This document shows positions 21,247-30,053 of a stretch of DNA of 64,000 nucleotides, in pieces. A program made the position numbers and the translations under genes. This DNA is from Deferribacterales bacterium (GTDB taxonomy: Bacteria > Chrysiogenota > Deferribacteres > Deferribacterales > Geovibrionaceae). Under the pieces are notes generated by a model, which had not been told where the DNA came from, ran no database searches, and worked only from the letters and a program-made list of their open reading frames with translations. The number at the start of each line of letters is the position of its first letter. Within the stretch, counting starts at the first letter, position 1. The stretch covers positions 256,001 through 320,000 of the forward strand of contig JBFWMA010000002.1 of NCBI GenBank assembly GCA_050251875.1, given 5' to 3'.

Positions 21247-21932
21247 GTGTGAGACTAAATAAATTTCTGGCAGAGAACACATCTCTGTCACGCAGAGACG
21301 CCGACAGGGCTGTGGAGGAAGGCAGGGTCACCGTGAACGGAGAACCCGCCGAAGGACCCTGGGTTCAGGTGGACGATACAGTGAAAGTGGCTCTGGACGG
21401 ACAGCCTGTGGGGCTGTCTGATCTTTTTTACTGGGCTTTTTATAAACCGGTGAATATTCTGACTGCCTATGGAGACGGACACGGAAAAGACACTCTGGAC
21501 GTGTTTCCCATGCTCCATGAGAAAAAACCGGCGTATTCCGGACGTCTGGATTATGAGAGCGAAGGACTAATTATATTCAGCAATGACGGCGATTTTATAC
21601 AGAGGCTTCAGAACAGCGATGAAAAGGTTCAGAAGGAATATGTGGTCTCTGTTAATAAAGCGCTTACAGATGAACAGCTTAACGTTTTGCGCAAGGGTGT
21701 GTCATACGAGGGTATAGATTATCTGCCCTGCATCATACATAAACAGGACTCAAAACGTTTCACCGTTATCCTGCACGAAGGGAAAAAACGCCAGATACGC
21801 AATATGTTCCGTGTTTTTAACGCTCAGGTGAAGAGGCTGAAAAGAGTGCGCATCGGGCGTGTAAATCTGGACGGCATGAAAGCGGGGGACATGAGGGTTC
21901 TGACCGAAAAAGATCTGGCGGGGATGCTGTAA
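21243..21932 (+). CDS. rluB: RsuA/RluB family pseudouridine synthase
   Basis: S4 domain RLNKFLA..SRR, GRLDYESEGL, EGKKRQIR; follows scpB. Confidence 0.8.
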   Translation: MSVRLNKFLAENTSLSRRDADRAVEEGRVTVNGEPAEGPWVQVDDTVKVALDGQPVGLSDLFYWAFYKPVNILTAYGDGHGKDTLDVFPMLHEKKPAYSGRLDYESEGLIIFSNDGDFIQRLQNSDEKVQKEYVVSVNKALTDEQLNVLRKGVSYEGIDYLPCIIHKQDSKRFTVILHEGKKRQIRNMFRVFNAQVKRLKRVRIGRVNLDGMKAGDMRVLTEKDLAGML

Positions 21933-22294
21933 TGTATAGAGTCAGAGTTATCCAGTATTTTAACGGCGCTCACAACCTTAGAAACTATCAGGGCAAGTGC
22001 GAAAATCTGCACGGGCATAACTGGAAGGTTGAGGCTTATCTTCAGGGAAATGAGCTGAATGATACCGAAATGCTTGTTGATTTCAAGATATTAAAAGGAA
22101 GACTTAAGGAGATACTTGAGGAATTAGACCATAAGTATCTGAATGAACAGGTTGAATTCTTTAAAACAAATAACCCTACCAGCGAAAATATCGCTGTTTT
22201 CATCTATAACAGGTTGAAAGAGACATTCGGCTCTATGACCGACAGAGTCATAGTCTGGGAGACTGAGTTTCAGGGCGCTGAATATTTCGAGTAA
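21932..22294 (+). CDS. queD: 6-carboxytetrahydropterin synthase
   Basis: CENLHGHNW, LDHKYLNE, NPTSENIA, WET. Confidence 0.95.
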   Translation: MYRVRVIQYFNGAHNLRNYQGKCENLHGHNWKVEAYLQGNELNDTEMLVDFKILKGRLKEILEELDHKYLNEQVEFFKTNNPTSENIAVFIYNRLKETFGSMTDRVIVWETEFQGAEYFE

Positions 22295-22347
22295 CTGTAG
22301 ATTTGAATAATCTGTAACTATCGTTTAGAATAAGAAGAAAAAGCAGG

Positions 22348-23982
22348 TTGCCGATGTTCTCTAACAATAATTCTCAGGATATTTTTTCTGCCTACCGAAT
22401 GTATGCCGGACACAAATATGTGAAAGCGCTTGGCGGTTTTGAAGAATATCTGGCGACCAATCCCGACAGCATGTCTTCTCTGAACATGATAGGGAGCATC
22501 CATTTCATTCTCGGTGACAAGGAGAAGGCGGAGAACACCTATTATAAGCTGGTGGACAAGCTGGTTAGAAAAGGTGAGCACGACAAGGCTCTCGCTGTTC
22601 TGACCCGCATGGCGTCATTTTCTAAAAACAAAGCAAAAATCTTTAATCTTCGTTACGACATTTACCGCATGAAAGGCAAAAACAGGCTGGCAAACCGTCA
22701 GCTTCTCATGCTGGCGGAGGAATACAGACATTCCGGAAGTTTTTCCGACTGCATAGCTATCTACACTTCTCTGGCAGAGAAAAACCAAACGGACTATCGG
22801 CTGATACGCAGTCTGGTGCATAAGCTGATAATAATAAACGGTTATTCCACCATCTCCATGATACTCAAAAACAGTGTGGGCAATGAGCTTTTTCCTGTGG
22901 AGGAGATAGACGATATCGTCATGTTTCTGCTGGAGTCCAATGTTAAGCCGGAATATGTGATTCCGTTCATAAAAGACTTTCTGAGCAGGCATCCCGACTA
23001 TTTTTATAAGGCTGAGCCAGTGCTTATTCAGTCGTTCAGGACGGATTTCAACGCTGATCTTTTTTCTGAAATCATAGATATGATAGATATTTCCGATGCC
23101 TCTGATTTTGTTCAGGCTCTGAGAGAGTTTCTCAGCGACAAGGAGCTTCTGCTCCACAGTCTCCTGATAGAGGCATATTCAGACAACAGAGACATGATAA
23201 AAGGAATGATATTCGAGCTGTATGTGAATAACAGTCTCGATCTGGACGACATAGCGGAAGTGTCTGCTAAAGCTGAGAATTCATATCCGCTGGAAGAGGC
23301 GCTCAAGCTGGTCGCCAAAACGGCTGAAGAGAGCGAAACGGTGAAATGTCTCGGCGTGATGGAAAAAATATACAGGTCGGCTGGGAATGCCGCCAGAGCG
23401 GATGAGCTGGCTGTGTATGTGAAATACGGTAAGACGCCCGGAAATATAGCATCTTTTCTCGCTTCCGACCCTGAGTCGGCGAAAGATCTGGAACTTAGGT
23501 TCAGGCAGGACGATGCTGCTGAGACCGAGCCGGAGGTTATTGCTGAGCCTCTGGAGATTCCTGCCGTTGAACTGGAGATAGAGTCCCATTCTTATGAGGA
23601 TAACACGTCTCGGGTGGCTGTGGAGGCTCTGGAGCTGGATACATACAATGAACCGCAGACGGAATCTAAGATAGAGGCGGATATTCTGCTGAATGACGAT
23701 TTCGATACAGCAGGAAGTTATCAGCCTTCAGATATATTCGAGGGTTTTGATTCTGTGGAGGCGCCCGCTGTCAGCTCTGTTTTCGATGGATTCGATGAGC
23801 CGGACACACAGGAATCCGTTTCTATGGAATTGTCGGATAATGACTTTATTCCGGCAGGACAGGAGCAGACCGCTGTGGCGACCGAAGAGACCGAGGCTCT
23901 TGTTTTCAACGATGAAGAACTTAAAAACGCTTCCGGAAAAGAGGATGAAGAAGATTTCTTTTCAAAAGAAGTGGATGGTTAA
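22348..23982 (+). CDS. TPR-like protein with acidic low-complexity C-terminus
   Basis: N-terminal TPR-like helices; C-terminal third strongly D/E-rich. Confidence 0.65.
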   Translation: MPMFSNNNSQDIFSAYRMYAGHKYVKALGGFEEYLATNPDSMSSLNMIGSIHFILGDKEKAENTYYKLVDKLVRKGEHDKALAVLTRMASFSKNKAKIFNLRYDIYRMKGKNRLANRQLLMLAEEYRHSGSFSDCIAIYTSLAEKNQTDYRLIRSLVHKLIIINGYSTISMILKNSVGNELFPVEEIDDIVMFLLESNVKPEYVIPFIKDFLSRHPDYFYKAEPVLIQSFRTDFNADLFSEIIDMIDISDASDFVQALREFLSDKELLLHSLLIEAYSDNRDMIKGMIFELYVNNSLDLDDIAEVSAKAENSYPLEEALKLVAKTAEESETVKCLGVMEKIYRSAGNAARADELAVYVKYGKTPGNIASFLASDPESAKDLELRFRQDDAAETEPEVIAEPLEIPAVELEIESHSYEDNTSRVAVEALELDTYNEPQTESKIEADILLNDDFDTAGSYQPSDIFEGFDSVEAPAVSSVFDGFDEPDTQESVSMELSDNDFIPAGQEQTAVATEETEALVFNDEELKNASGKEDEEDFFSKEVDG

Positions 23983-23987
23983 ACCCC

Positions 23988-26150
23988 GTGAAATTCAGAT
24001 TTAAAAAGAATTCGGATAACAGTAGAAAATCAGGGCAGAAAAACAAATATATCTATGTATATATGCTGATTCTGCTGTTTTTTGTTAATATATTCGCAGG
24101 ATCAAAGATACTTAACAATGATTTCCCGTGGTATTCAAATATCTCCATATTCCTGCTGGTAAATATAAATATTATACTTCTGATAGTTGTGTGCGTTCTG
24201 ATATTCAGAAATCTTGGAAAACTGTATATAGACCGGAAAAAGAATGTTTTCGGGTCGCGGCTTCAGGGGCGGCTGGTTACTTTTTCTATCATTATCGCCG
24301 TAATTCCCGTTTTTATAGTATTTATATTTTCCAACACCGTCATCAACAAAAGCATCGACAAATGGTTCAACTCACAGATCGAGCAGGCTCTGGAGAGCAC
24401 AGTGGATTTGATGCAGAAATATCAGACCAGACTGGAAAACTATCTGATAGAACAGGGCGATCTGCTCGCCGGATTCATATCGTCCGGTGATTATATCTAT
24501 TCGAAAAACCACAAAAAATTGCAGAAATTCGTAAAAATCTATTTTGATAAAGACAGGATAGACGGTATCGCCATCTATAACAACTCCAGCGAACGCATAG
24601 TGGATATGCACAAAACGAAGAATTTTACAAAAAGTTTCGTCAATAAGTCGCTGGTTAAGAAGATGCTGAACAACGAACTGATAGCCAGATATGAGTTCGA
24701 GGGGAATAAGCAGATATACTGGGTGGGTCAGCCTGTATATTCTAACAAAGACCGAAACCGGGTTATCGGCGCCGTTCTGATTTATAAGCTGGTGCCGGAA
24801 AACGAGGCGGAGAAGGTGGCGAAAATTCTGGATTCATACAACACCTACCGTCAGACGAAATATTTCGCCAAACCTGTTAAAAACTCGTTTAAAATATTGA
24901 CAATCCTCATGACTCTGCTGGTGGTTCTCGCCGCCTTGTGGGGCAGTATAGTATACGCCAAGAGCATCACCCGACCCATAGAGAGTCTGGCATCGGCATC
25001 TGTGGCTGTTTCCCGTGGAAATCTGGACATAGAGGTGGAGGTGCTGGGCAACGATGAACTGGCGTTTTTGACGCAGTCGTTTAACTCTATGATAAAACAG
25101 CTGAAAATGCACAACGCAGAAATGAGCCTGAAAAATGAAAAGCTGTCGGAAATGTTTTTGCAGATCGCCAGAGACAACCAGTATATCGATTCTATCTTTA
25201 AAAACGTTAAGTCTGCGATATTTTTGTATACCGACAATTTTGAGCTTTTGAAGCAGAACGACTATGCCGAAACCATTCTGGAATACGCTGATGAGGCGTT
25301 CATAACGCATATTCTGACTCCCGCTTCTACTTTCATCGATCAGGAGGAGCGTGAAAACCAGTTCCAGATTGAGATGCTGATAAAAGGCGAACCCAGAACC
25401 ATGACGACCACTATAACCAAAATCTATGGTCAGGGCGGTTCCGTGGAGAACCTTGTGATAGTTCTGGACGATATCACCGATCTGCTGAATTTTCAGCGTG
25501 TCGGTATCTGGAAAGAGATCGCCACCCGTATAGCCCACGAGATAAAAAACCCGCTGACGCCCATAAAGCTCACAGCGGAAAGGATAAAAAGAAAAGCCAC
25601 AATGGGCGAGAGCGACCAGAGCACCATCGTTACCAGTATGGATACCATCATCGAAGAGGTGGAGAGTCTTCAGAGCATGGTAAACGAATTCAATATGTTC
25701 GCCCGTCTGCCGGAGCTGAGGAAGGAGCTGTTCAGCCTGAAAGATTTTTTTGATGATATCAGAGCGTTCTATACATCGTCTCATCAGAATATAGAATTTG
25801 TCATCGACTGTCCGGATACTGATTTTATCGGCGACAGGTCACAGCTTAAGCGTGTGTTCATAAATCTGGTGAATAATTCCATCGATGCCATGGACAAAGA
25901 GGGCAAAATTTTTATTTCTGTTGTTGAAAATGACAGCGGTTTAAGGATAGACTATCAGGACACAGGAAAGGGTATCCCGAAAGAGGATCTGGGCAGGATA
26001 TTTATCCCGTATTTCAGCAAAAAACCGGACGGAACAGGGCTGGGGCTTGCTATTGTTAAGAAGATCATCGAGGTTCACAACGGAAACATCTCCGTGGACA
26101 GCGAGTATGGAAAATATACGAAATTCACTATGGAATTTCAAAAGGCATGA
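23988..26150 (+). CDS. ntrY: NtrY-like sensor histidine kinase
   Basis: GSRL..RLV, SIDKWF, HAMP, RIAHEIKNPLTPI, GTGLGL. Confidence 0.88.
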   Translation: MKFRFKKNSDNSRKSGQKNKYIYVYMLILLFFVNIFAGSKILNNDFPWYSNISIFLLVNINIILLIVVCVLIFRNLGKLYIDRKKNVFGSRLQGRLVTFSIIIAVIPVFIVFIFSNTVINKSIDKWFNSQIEQALESTVDLMQKYQTRLENYLIEQGDLLAGFISSGDYIYSKNHKKLQKFVKIYFDKDRIDGIAIYNNSSERIVDMHKTKNFTKSFVNKSLVKKMLNNELIARYEFEGNKQIYWVGQPVYSNKDRNRVIGAVLIYKLVPENEAEKVAKILDSYNTYRQTKYFAKPVKNSFKILTILMTLLVVLAALWGSIVYAKSITRPIESLASASVAVSRGNLDIEVEVLGNDELAFLTQSFNSMIKQLKMHNAEMSLKNEKLSEMFLQIARDNQYIDSIFKNVKSAIFLYTDNFELLKQNDYAETILEYADEAFITHILTPASTFIDQEERENQFQIEMLIKGEPRTMTTTITKIYGQGGSVENLVIVLDDITDLLNFQRVGIWKEIATRIAHEIKNPLTPIKLTAERIKRKATMGESDQSTIVTSMDTIIEEVESLQSMVNEFNMFARLPELRKELFSLKDFFDDIRAFYTSSHQNIEFVIDCPDTDFIGDRSQLKRVFINLVNNSIDAMDKEGKIFISVVENDSGLRIDYQDTGKGIPKEDLGRIFIPYFSKKPDGTGLGLAIVKKIIEVHNGNISVDSEYGKYTKFTMEFQKA

Positions 26151-26151
26151 A

Positions 26152-27522
26152 ATGGCAAAAATTCTTATAATTGACGATGAAAAAGGAATATGCACGGCTA
26201 TCAAGGACATTCTGGAAGATGAGGGGTATTCTGCCAATACCGCCCACACCTTTACAGACGGGTTCAATGAGCTGAAAAAGACCGCATACGATATATTGTT
26301 TCTGGATATCTGGCTGCCCGATAAGGACGGCATAGACGGGCTGAAGGACATCAAAAGCTATTTTCCCGACCTTGAGGTTGTTATCATCAGCGGTCACGGA
26401 AACATAGAAAACGCTGTGGAAGCGACCAGAAGAGGGGCTTATGACTTTCTGGAAAAGCCGCTGTCTCTGGAGCGTATCCTGCTGATAGTAAAACACCTTA
26501 CCGACAGAATGCAGCTCGTTCGTGATCTGCGTGAGTCCAGAAGCGACCTGATAAAAAAATATGACATAATAGGCGTCAGCAAACCCATAGTGGAGCTGAA
26601 AAGAAAGATAGAAAAGATAGCGCCCACCAACGCCTGGGTTATGATTACAGGCGAAAACGGCACGGGCAAGGAACATGTGGCGAGGCTGATTCACATGCTG
26701 AGCCGCAGGGCGAAGGACATCTTTGTGGAGATCAACTGCGCCGCCATCCCTTCAGAGCTTCTGGAAACAGAGATGTTCGGACACGAGAAGGGCTCTTTCA
26801 CAGGCGCTCACTCACAGAAAATGGGCAAGTTTGAAGAGGCTGACGGCGGAACCGTCTTTCTGGACGAGATAGGCGACATGGAGCTGTCTTCACAGGCTAA
26901 GCTGCTGAGAGTGCTCGAAAGCAACACTTTCACCCGTGTGGGCGGAAATACTCCGATCAAATCTGATTTTCGTCTGCTGACCGCCACCAACAAGAATCTG
27001 GAAGAGGAGATCGATGCCGGAAACTTCCGTGAAGACCTCTATTACCGTATAAACGTTGTGCCGCTGGTGGTGCCTCCTCTGCGTGAGCGGAAAGAGGATA
27101 TACCGATACTGATGCAGCATTTCATCCGTGAGGCCTGCTCTCTGAACGGTCTGGAGCTGAAGAAGGTCAGTCTGCCTCTGCTGGAGCTCTTTATGGCTTT
27201 TGACTGGCCGGGGAACGTGCGCCAGCTGAAAAATCTGGTGGAGCGCATGGTGGTTCTTTCAGAAAAAGAGACCATGGATGTGGATGACGCTCCGGATTTT
27301 CTGCTGTCCGGCTCGGATGAAGAAAAATATGAAGCGGGCAACTGCTGCGCTCTGAAAGACGCCAAAGAGGGGTTTGAAAAACAATTTATCCTTCAGGTGC
27401 TTCAGGCGAACGACTGGAACATAAGCCAGTCTGCCAAGATTCTGGAGATAGAGAGAACTTATCTCCACCGCAAGATAAAGGCCTACGGTCTGGAAAAATT
27501 CAAAGGTACAGGAAATGTTTAA
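26152..27522 (+). CDS. ntrX: NtrX-like sigma54-type response regulator
   Basis: Receiver LDIWLP, GENGTGKE, GSFTGA, WPGNVRQL, C-terminal Fis HTH; ATG at 26152. Confidence 0.88.
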   Translation: MAKILIIDDEKGICTAIKDILEDEGYSANTAHTFTDGFNELKKTAYDILFLDIWLPDKDGIDGLKDIKSYFPDLEVVIISGHGNIENAVEATRRGAYDFLEKPLSLERILLIVKHLTDRMQLVRDLRESRSDLIKKYDIIGVSKPIVELKRKIEKIAPTNAWVMITGENGTGKEHVARLIHMLSRRAKDIFVEINCAAIPSELLETEMFGHEKGSFTGAHSQKMGKFEEADGGTVFLDEIGDMELSSQAKLLRVLESNTFTRVGGNTPIKSDFRLLTATNKNLEEEIDAGNFREDLYYRINVVPLVVPPLRERKEDIPILMQHFIREACSLNGLELKKVSLPLLELFMAFDWPGNVRQLKNLVERMVVLSEKETMDVDDAPDFLLSGSDEEKYEAGNCCALKDAKEGFEKQFILQVLQANDWNISQSAKILEIERTYLHRKIKAYGLEKFKGTGNV

Positions 27523-28003
27523 ATATTTGTTTGGTTCTGTTCTGGTTTTTGTTATCGCGTTTTACGTTGTGAACTATGGTTTGAAAAGCTCCAGCATGAC
27601 AGAGAGAATAGACGAGGCGATGGATGTTCCATACGGCGAATATGACTCTCTGCGCATCACCAAGGCGGATGAGAAGGAGGACGGCTGGGTGCTGTCTCTG
27701 GAAAATCTGCGTATGTACGCCAGCAGAACAGGAAAAGGCACTATGTGCTCCTCTGATGTCAGAATATATTTTCCCACGGAGAAAAACGCCAAGCTCGTTA
27801 TGAAGCTGCGCTATAATCTGGGACCGTTTCTGGCGAAACCTCTCAGGGGGATGTCGCCACAGACAGCTCTGAAGCCTGATTCCCAATATGCCATGATGCA
27901 GTCTCTGAAAGACGGATACGCCGGACAGTACGGCATCAAAACCATGACAAAGATAGAATTCAGCGGTTTTCAGTGTAAAACCATGGACGCCCAACAGGAC
28001 TGA
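27515..28003 (+). CDS. hypothetical membrane-anchored protein
   Basis: N-terminal hydrophobic helix; overlaps the end of ntrX. Confidence 0.65.
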   Translation: MFKYLFGSVLVFVIAFYVVNYGLKSSSMTERIDEAMDVPYGEYDSLRITKADEKEDGWVLSLENLRMYASRTGKGTMCSSDVRIYFPTEKNAKLVMKLRYNLGPFLAKPLRGMSPQTALKPDSQYAMMQSLKDGYAGQYGIKTMTKIEFSGFQCKTMDAQQD

Positions 28004-28006
28004 TAG

Positions 28007-28543
28007 ATGGCTGTGATTGCCGTTTTTCTGCGTGGCGTCAATGTTGGCGGCAAGAATATACTTCCCATGAAACAGCTCGTCCGCGAGCTTGAATCTATCG
28101 GTATTAAAAAAGTAAAAACATATATCCAGACCGGTAATGTCATCGTTGATTGTTGTGATGAGCGTGAAGCATCTCTGGCATCTGATATACAACAGCTTAT
28201 ACAGTCTAAATTCGGGTTCTGTCCTGCTGTTATCTCCATTCCAACAGATAAACTTTCTGAGATGGTTTCGGCTTTTAATATCTCTGAAAATACCGCTGAG
28301 GACAGGGTACATCTGTTCTTTCTGGAAAAAATGCCTGAAAATGTTGATTCCGAACGTCTGAAAAGCCTTTGCATGCCTGCTGAGATATGGGATATAAAAG
28401 GCTCTGTGTTTTACCTCTATGCCCCCGATGGGATCAGAAACTCTAAACTGGCCGCTCAGGTGGAAAAAATAATCGGAATACCCGCCACCGCCAGAAACCT
28501 GCGCACAGTAAAAGCAGTTCTCAGTCTTGCCGATAATATTTAA
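28007..28543 (+). CDS. DUF1697 family protein
   Basis: FLRGVNVGGKN, TYIQTGNV, ATARNLRTV. Confidence 0.9.
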   Translation: MAVIAVFLRGVNVGGKNILPMKQLVRELESIGIKKVKTYIQTGNVIVDCCDEREASLASDIQQLIQSKFGFCPAVISIPTDKLSEMVSAFNISENTAEDRVHLFFLEKMPENVDSERLKSLCMPAEIWDIKGSVFYLYAPDGIRNSKLAAQVEKIIGIPATARNLRTVKAVLSLADNI

Positions 28544-28557
28544 TTCGTATTTTTGAT

Positions 28558-28586
28558 TTGACTTTTTCCGGCTGGCTGTCTATTAT
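28558..28586 (+). promoter_or_regulatory. lexA promoter
   Basis: TTGACT-N17-TATTAT. Confidence 0.7.
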
Positions 28587-28597
28587 TTCCATATAGG

Positions 28598-28611
28598 CGA
28601 ACGTTTGTTCG
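28598..28611. promoter_or_regulatory. LexA operator (GAAC-N4-GTTC SOS box)
   Basis: CGAACGTTTGTTCG between the -10 box and the lexA RBS. Confidence 0.85.
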
Positions 28612-28627
28612 TGCATGGAGGCATGAT

Positions 28628-29233
28628 ATGACAGAACGGCAGAAAATGTTTGTGAATTTCATCGAAAACTTTATCAGAGATAATGGATATTCCCCGTCTA
28701 TCAGAGAGATAGCGAAGGGAATGGGTCTTTCGTCCACCGCCAGCGTAAAGAATATGCTGGACAGACTCACCGAAAACGGTCTGCTGAAAAGATCGTCCAG
28801 TATTGCCAGGGGCATAGAAGGCTCCCGGAAATCTGCCGCCGTGCCCGTTTTGGGGCGTATCAAAGCAGGCGTTCCCGTCACATCCGAAGAAAACATAGAA
28901 GGCTATATCCGTATGGGCAGAGAGATTTATGACGATCATTTCTTTCTGCGTGTGGACGGCGACAGCATGAAAGACAAGGCGATTCTGGACGGCGATTTTG
29001 TCCTTATTAAACATACAAACTTTATACAGAACAATAAAATAGGCGCATTCAGCATTAACGGCGAGATAACACTTAAAACCTTTCTGAAAACACCTGAAGG
29101 CGTTTTTCTGATGCCCGCCAATGACGAATTTCAGCCGATATCTCTGGCTGAGACGGACGAATTTTCGGTTATCGGCGTTCTGGTGATGGTTATAAGGGCT
29201 TTGGAGGGGGGCTATGATATTGAACCTGCATGA
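28628..29233 (+). CDS. lexA: SOS repressor LexA
   Basis: GYSPSIREIA wHTH, KAG cleavage site, GDSM catalytic Ser, TLKT catalytic Lys. Confidence 0.96.
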   Translation: MTERQKMFVNFIENFIRDNGYSPSIREIAKGMGLSSTASVKNMLDRLTENGLLKRSSSIARGIEGSRKSAAVPVLGRIKAGVPVTSEENIEGYIRMGREIYDDHFFLRVDGDSMKDKAILDGDFVLIKHTNFIQNNKIGAFSINGEITLKTFLKTPEGVFLMPANDEFQPISLAETDEFSVIGVLVMVIRALEGGYDIEPA

Positions 29234-29456
29234 GAGGGTCAGGGTGGGCGCTGTTTTTGATGCCTCGCCCAAACCTGTCTGGTTCAGCCTGAACGGAGAA
29301 AAAGTCACCGTAAAGGAGATCTGCTACCGCTGGAAAGAGAGGGCTGGGGCGGATGTGATCCACAAATATACCGTCACGGACGGGTTCAACGTTTATGAGA
29401 TATGTTTCAGCGCTCTGGACGCCTGCTGGTATCTGGAAGCCATCGATGACGCATAA
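29214..29456 (+). CDS. small aromatic-rich protein resembling the ImuB C-terminal/DUF6504-like domain
   Basis: GGAGGGGG RBS; overlaps lexA; P..F..NG...V..I..RW and C-terminal WYL pattern; family call is by recall, not by search. Confidence 0.65.
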   Translation: MILNLHERVRVGAVFDASPKPVWFSLNGEKVTVKEICYRWKERAGADVIHKYTVTDGFNVYEICFSALDACWYLEAIDDA

Positions 29457-29481
29457 GGGTTTATTATAGAAACACCCGGCT

Positions 29482-29920
29482 GAGATTGCCACGCCAGCCT
29501 GCGGCTGTCTCGCAATGACATAAGCTGACTTCACGGACGGACTTTTTGGGGAGTAAGAAATAATCAAGGTCATGTCATCGCGAGGAGCTGGGCGATGTGG
29601 CGATCTTATCCGATGAGATTGCTTCGTTATGTTATTCCTCGCAACGACGTAAGCTGACTTCACGGACGGACTTTTTGGGGAGTAGGAAATAATCAAGGTC
29701 ATGTCATCGCGAGGAGCTGGGCGACGTGGCGGTCTTATCCGATGAGATTGCTTCGTTATGTTATTCCTCGCAACGACGTAAGCTGACTTCACGGACGGAC
29801 TTTTTGGGGAGTAGGAAATAATCAAGGTCATGTCATCGCGAGGAGCTGGGCGACGTGGCGGTCTTATCCGATGAGATTGCTTCGTCATGTTATTCCTCGC
29901 AATGACGTAAGCTGACTTCA
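29482..29920. repeat. 129-bp tandem array; each unit carries a 75-bp GTCAT..GCGAGG/CCTCGC..GAC palindromic element
   Basis: TAAGCTGACTTCA recurs at 29521, 29650, 29779, 29908; palindromes at 29574-29648, 29703-29777, 29832-29906; half element at 29482-29519. Confidence 0.95.
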
Positions 29921-30041
29921 GGATGAAGCCCGTGGAGTGAATAATAAACGGCTTTGCCGTTTTTATGAACGGAACGTAAGCGTAATGAGGCTTTTGCCGA
30001 AATGAAGCGGTATCGCAAAAAGTCCATGGACGGACTTTTTG
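29911..30041. repeat. inverted, diverged copy of the three-hairpin element found at 5662-5943
   Basis: Collinear blocks CAGGATG, CGTGGAGTGAA, GCTTTGC, GAACG.AACGT, GGCTTT, CGGTATC, CATGGA.G shared with the reverse complement of 5803-5932. Confidence 0.8.
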
Positions 30042-30053
30042 GGGAGAATATAA

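Noticed and set aside
26047..26151. N-terminal extension of ntrX in the ORF track
   Set aside because: Overlaps ntrY; the receiver domain starts at ATG 26152. Similar over-extensions were trimmed for hom, lysC, mlaF, alr and the ABC ATPase.
29190..29888. 232-aa minus-strand ORF with 43-aa repeats
   Set aside because: Translation of the 129-bp DNA palindrome array, antisense to the small SOS gene; no protein-like features.
29482..29920. Possible CRISPR array or integron attC array
   Set aside because: Units are near-identical along their whole length with no unique spacers or cassette ORFs; no cas or integrase genes nearby.
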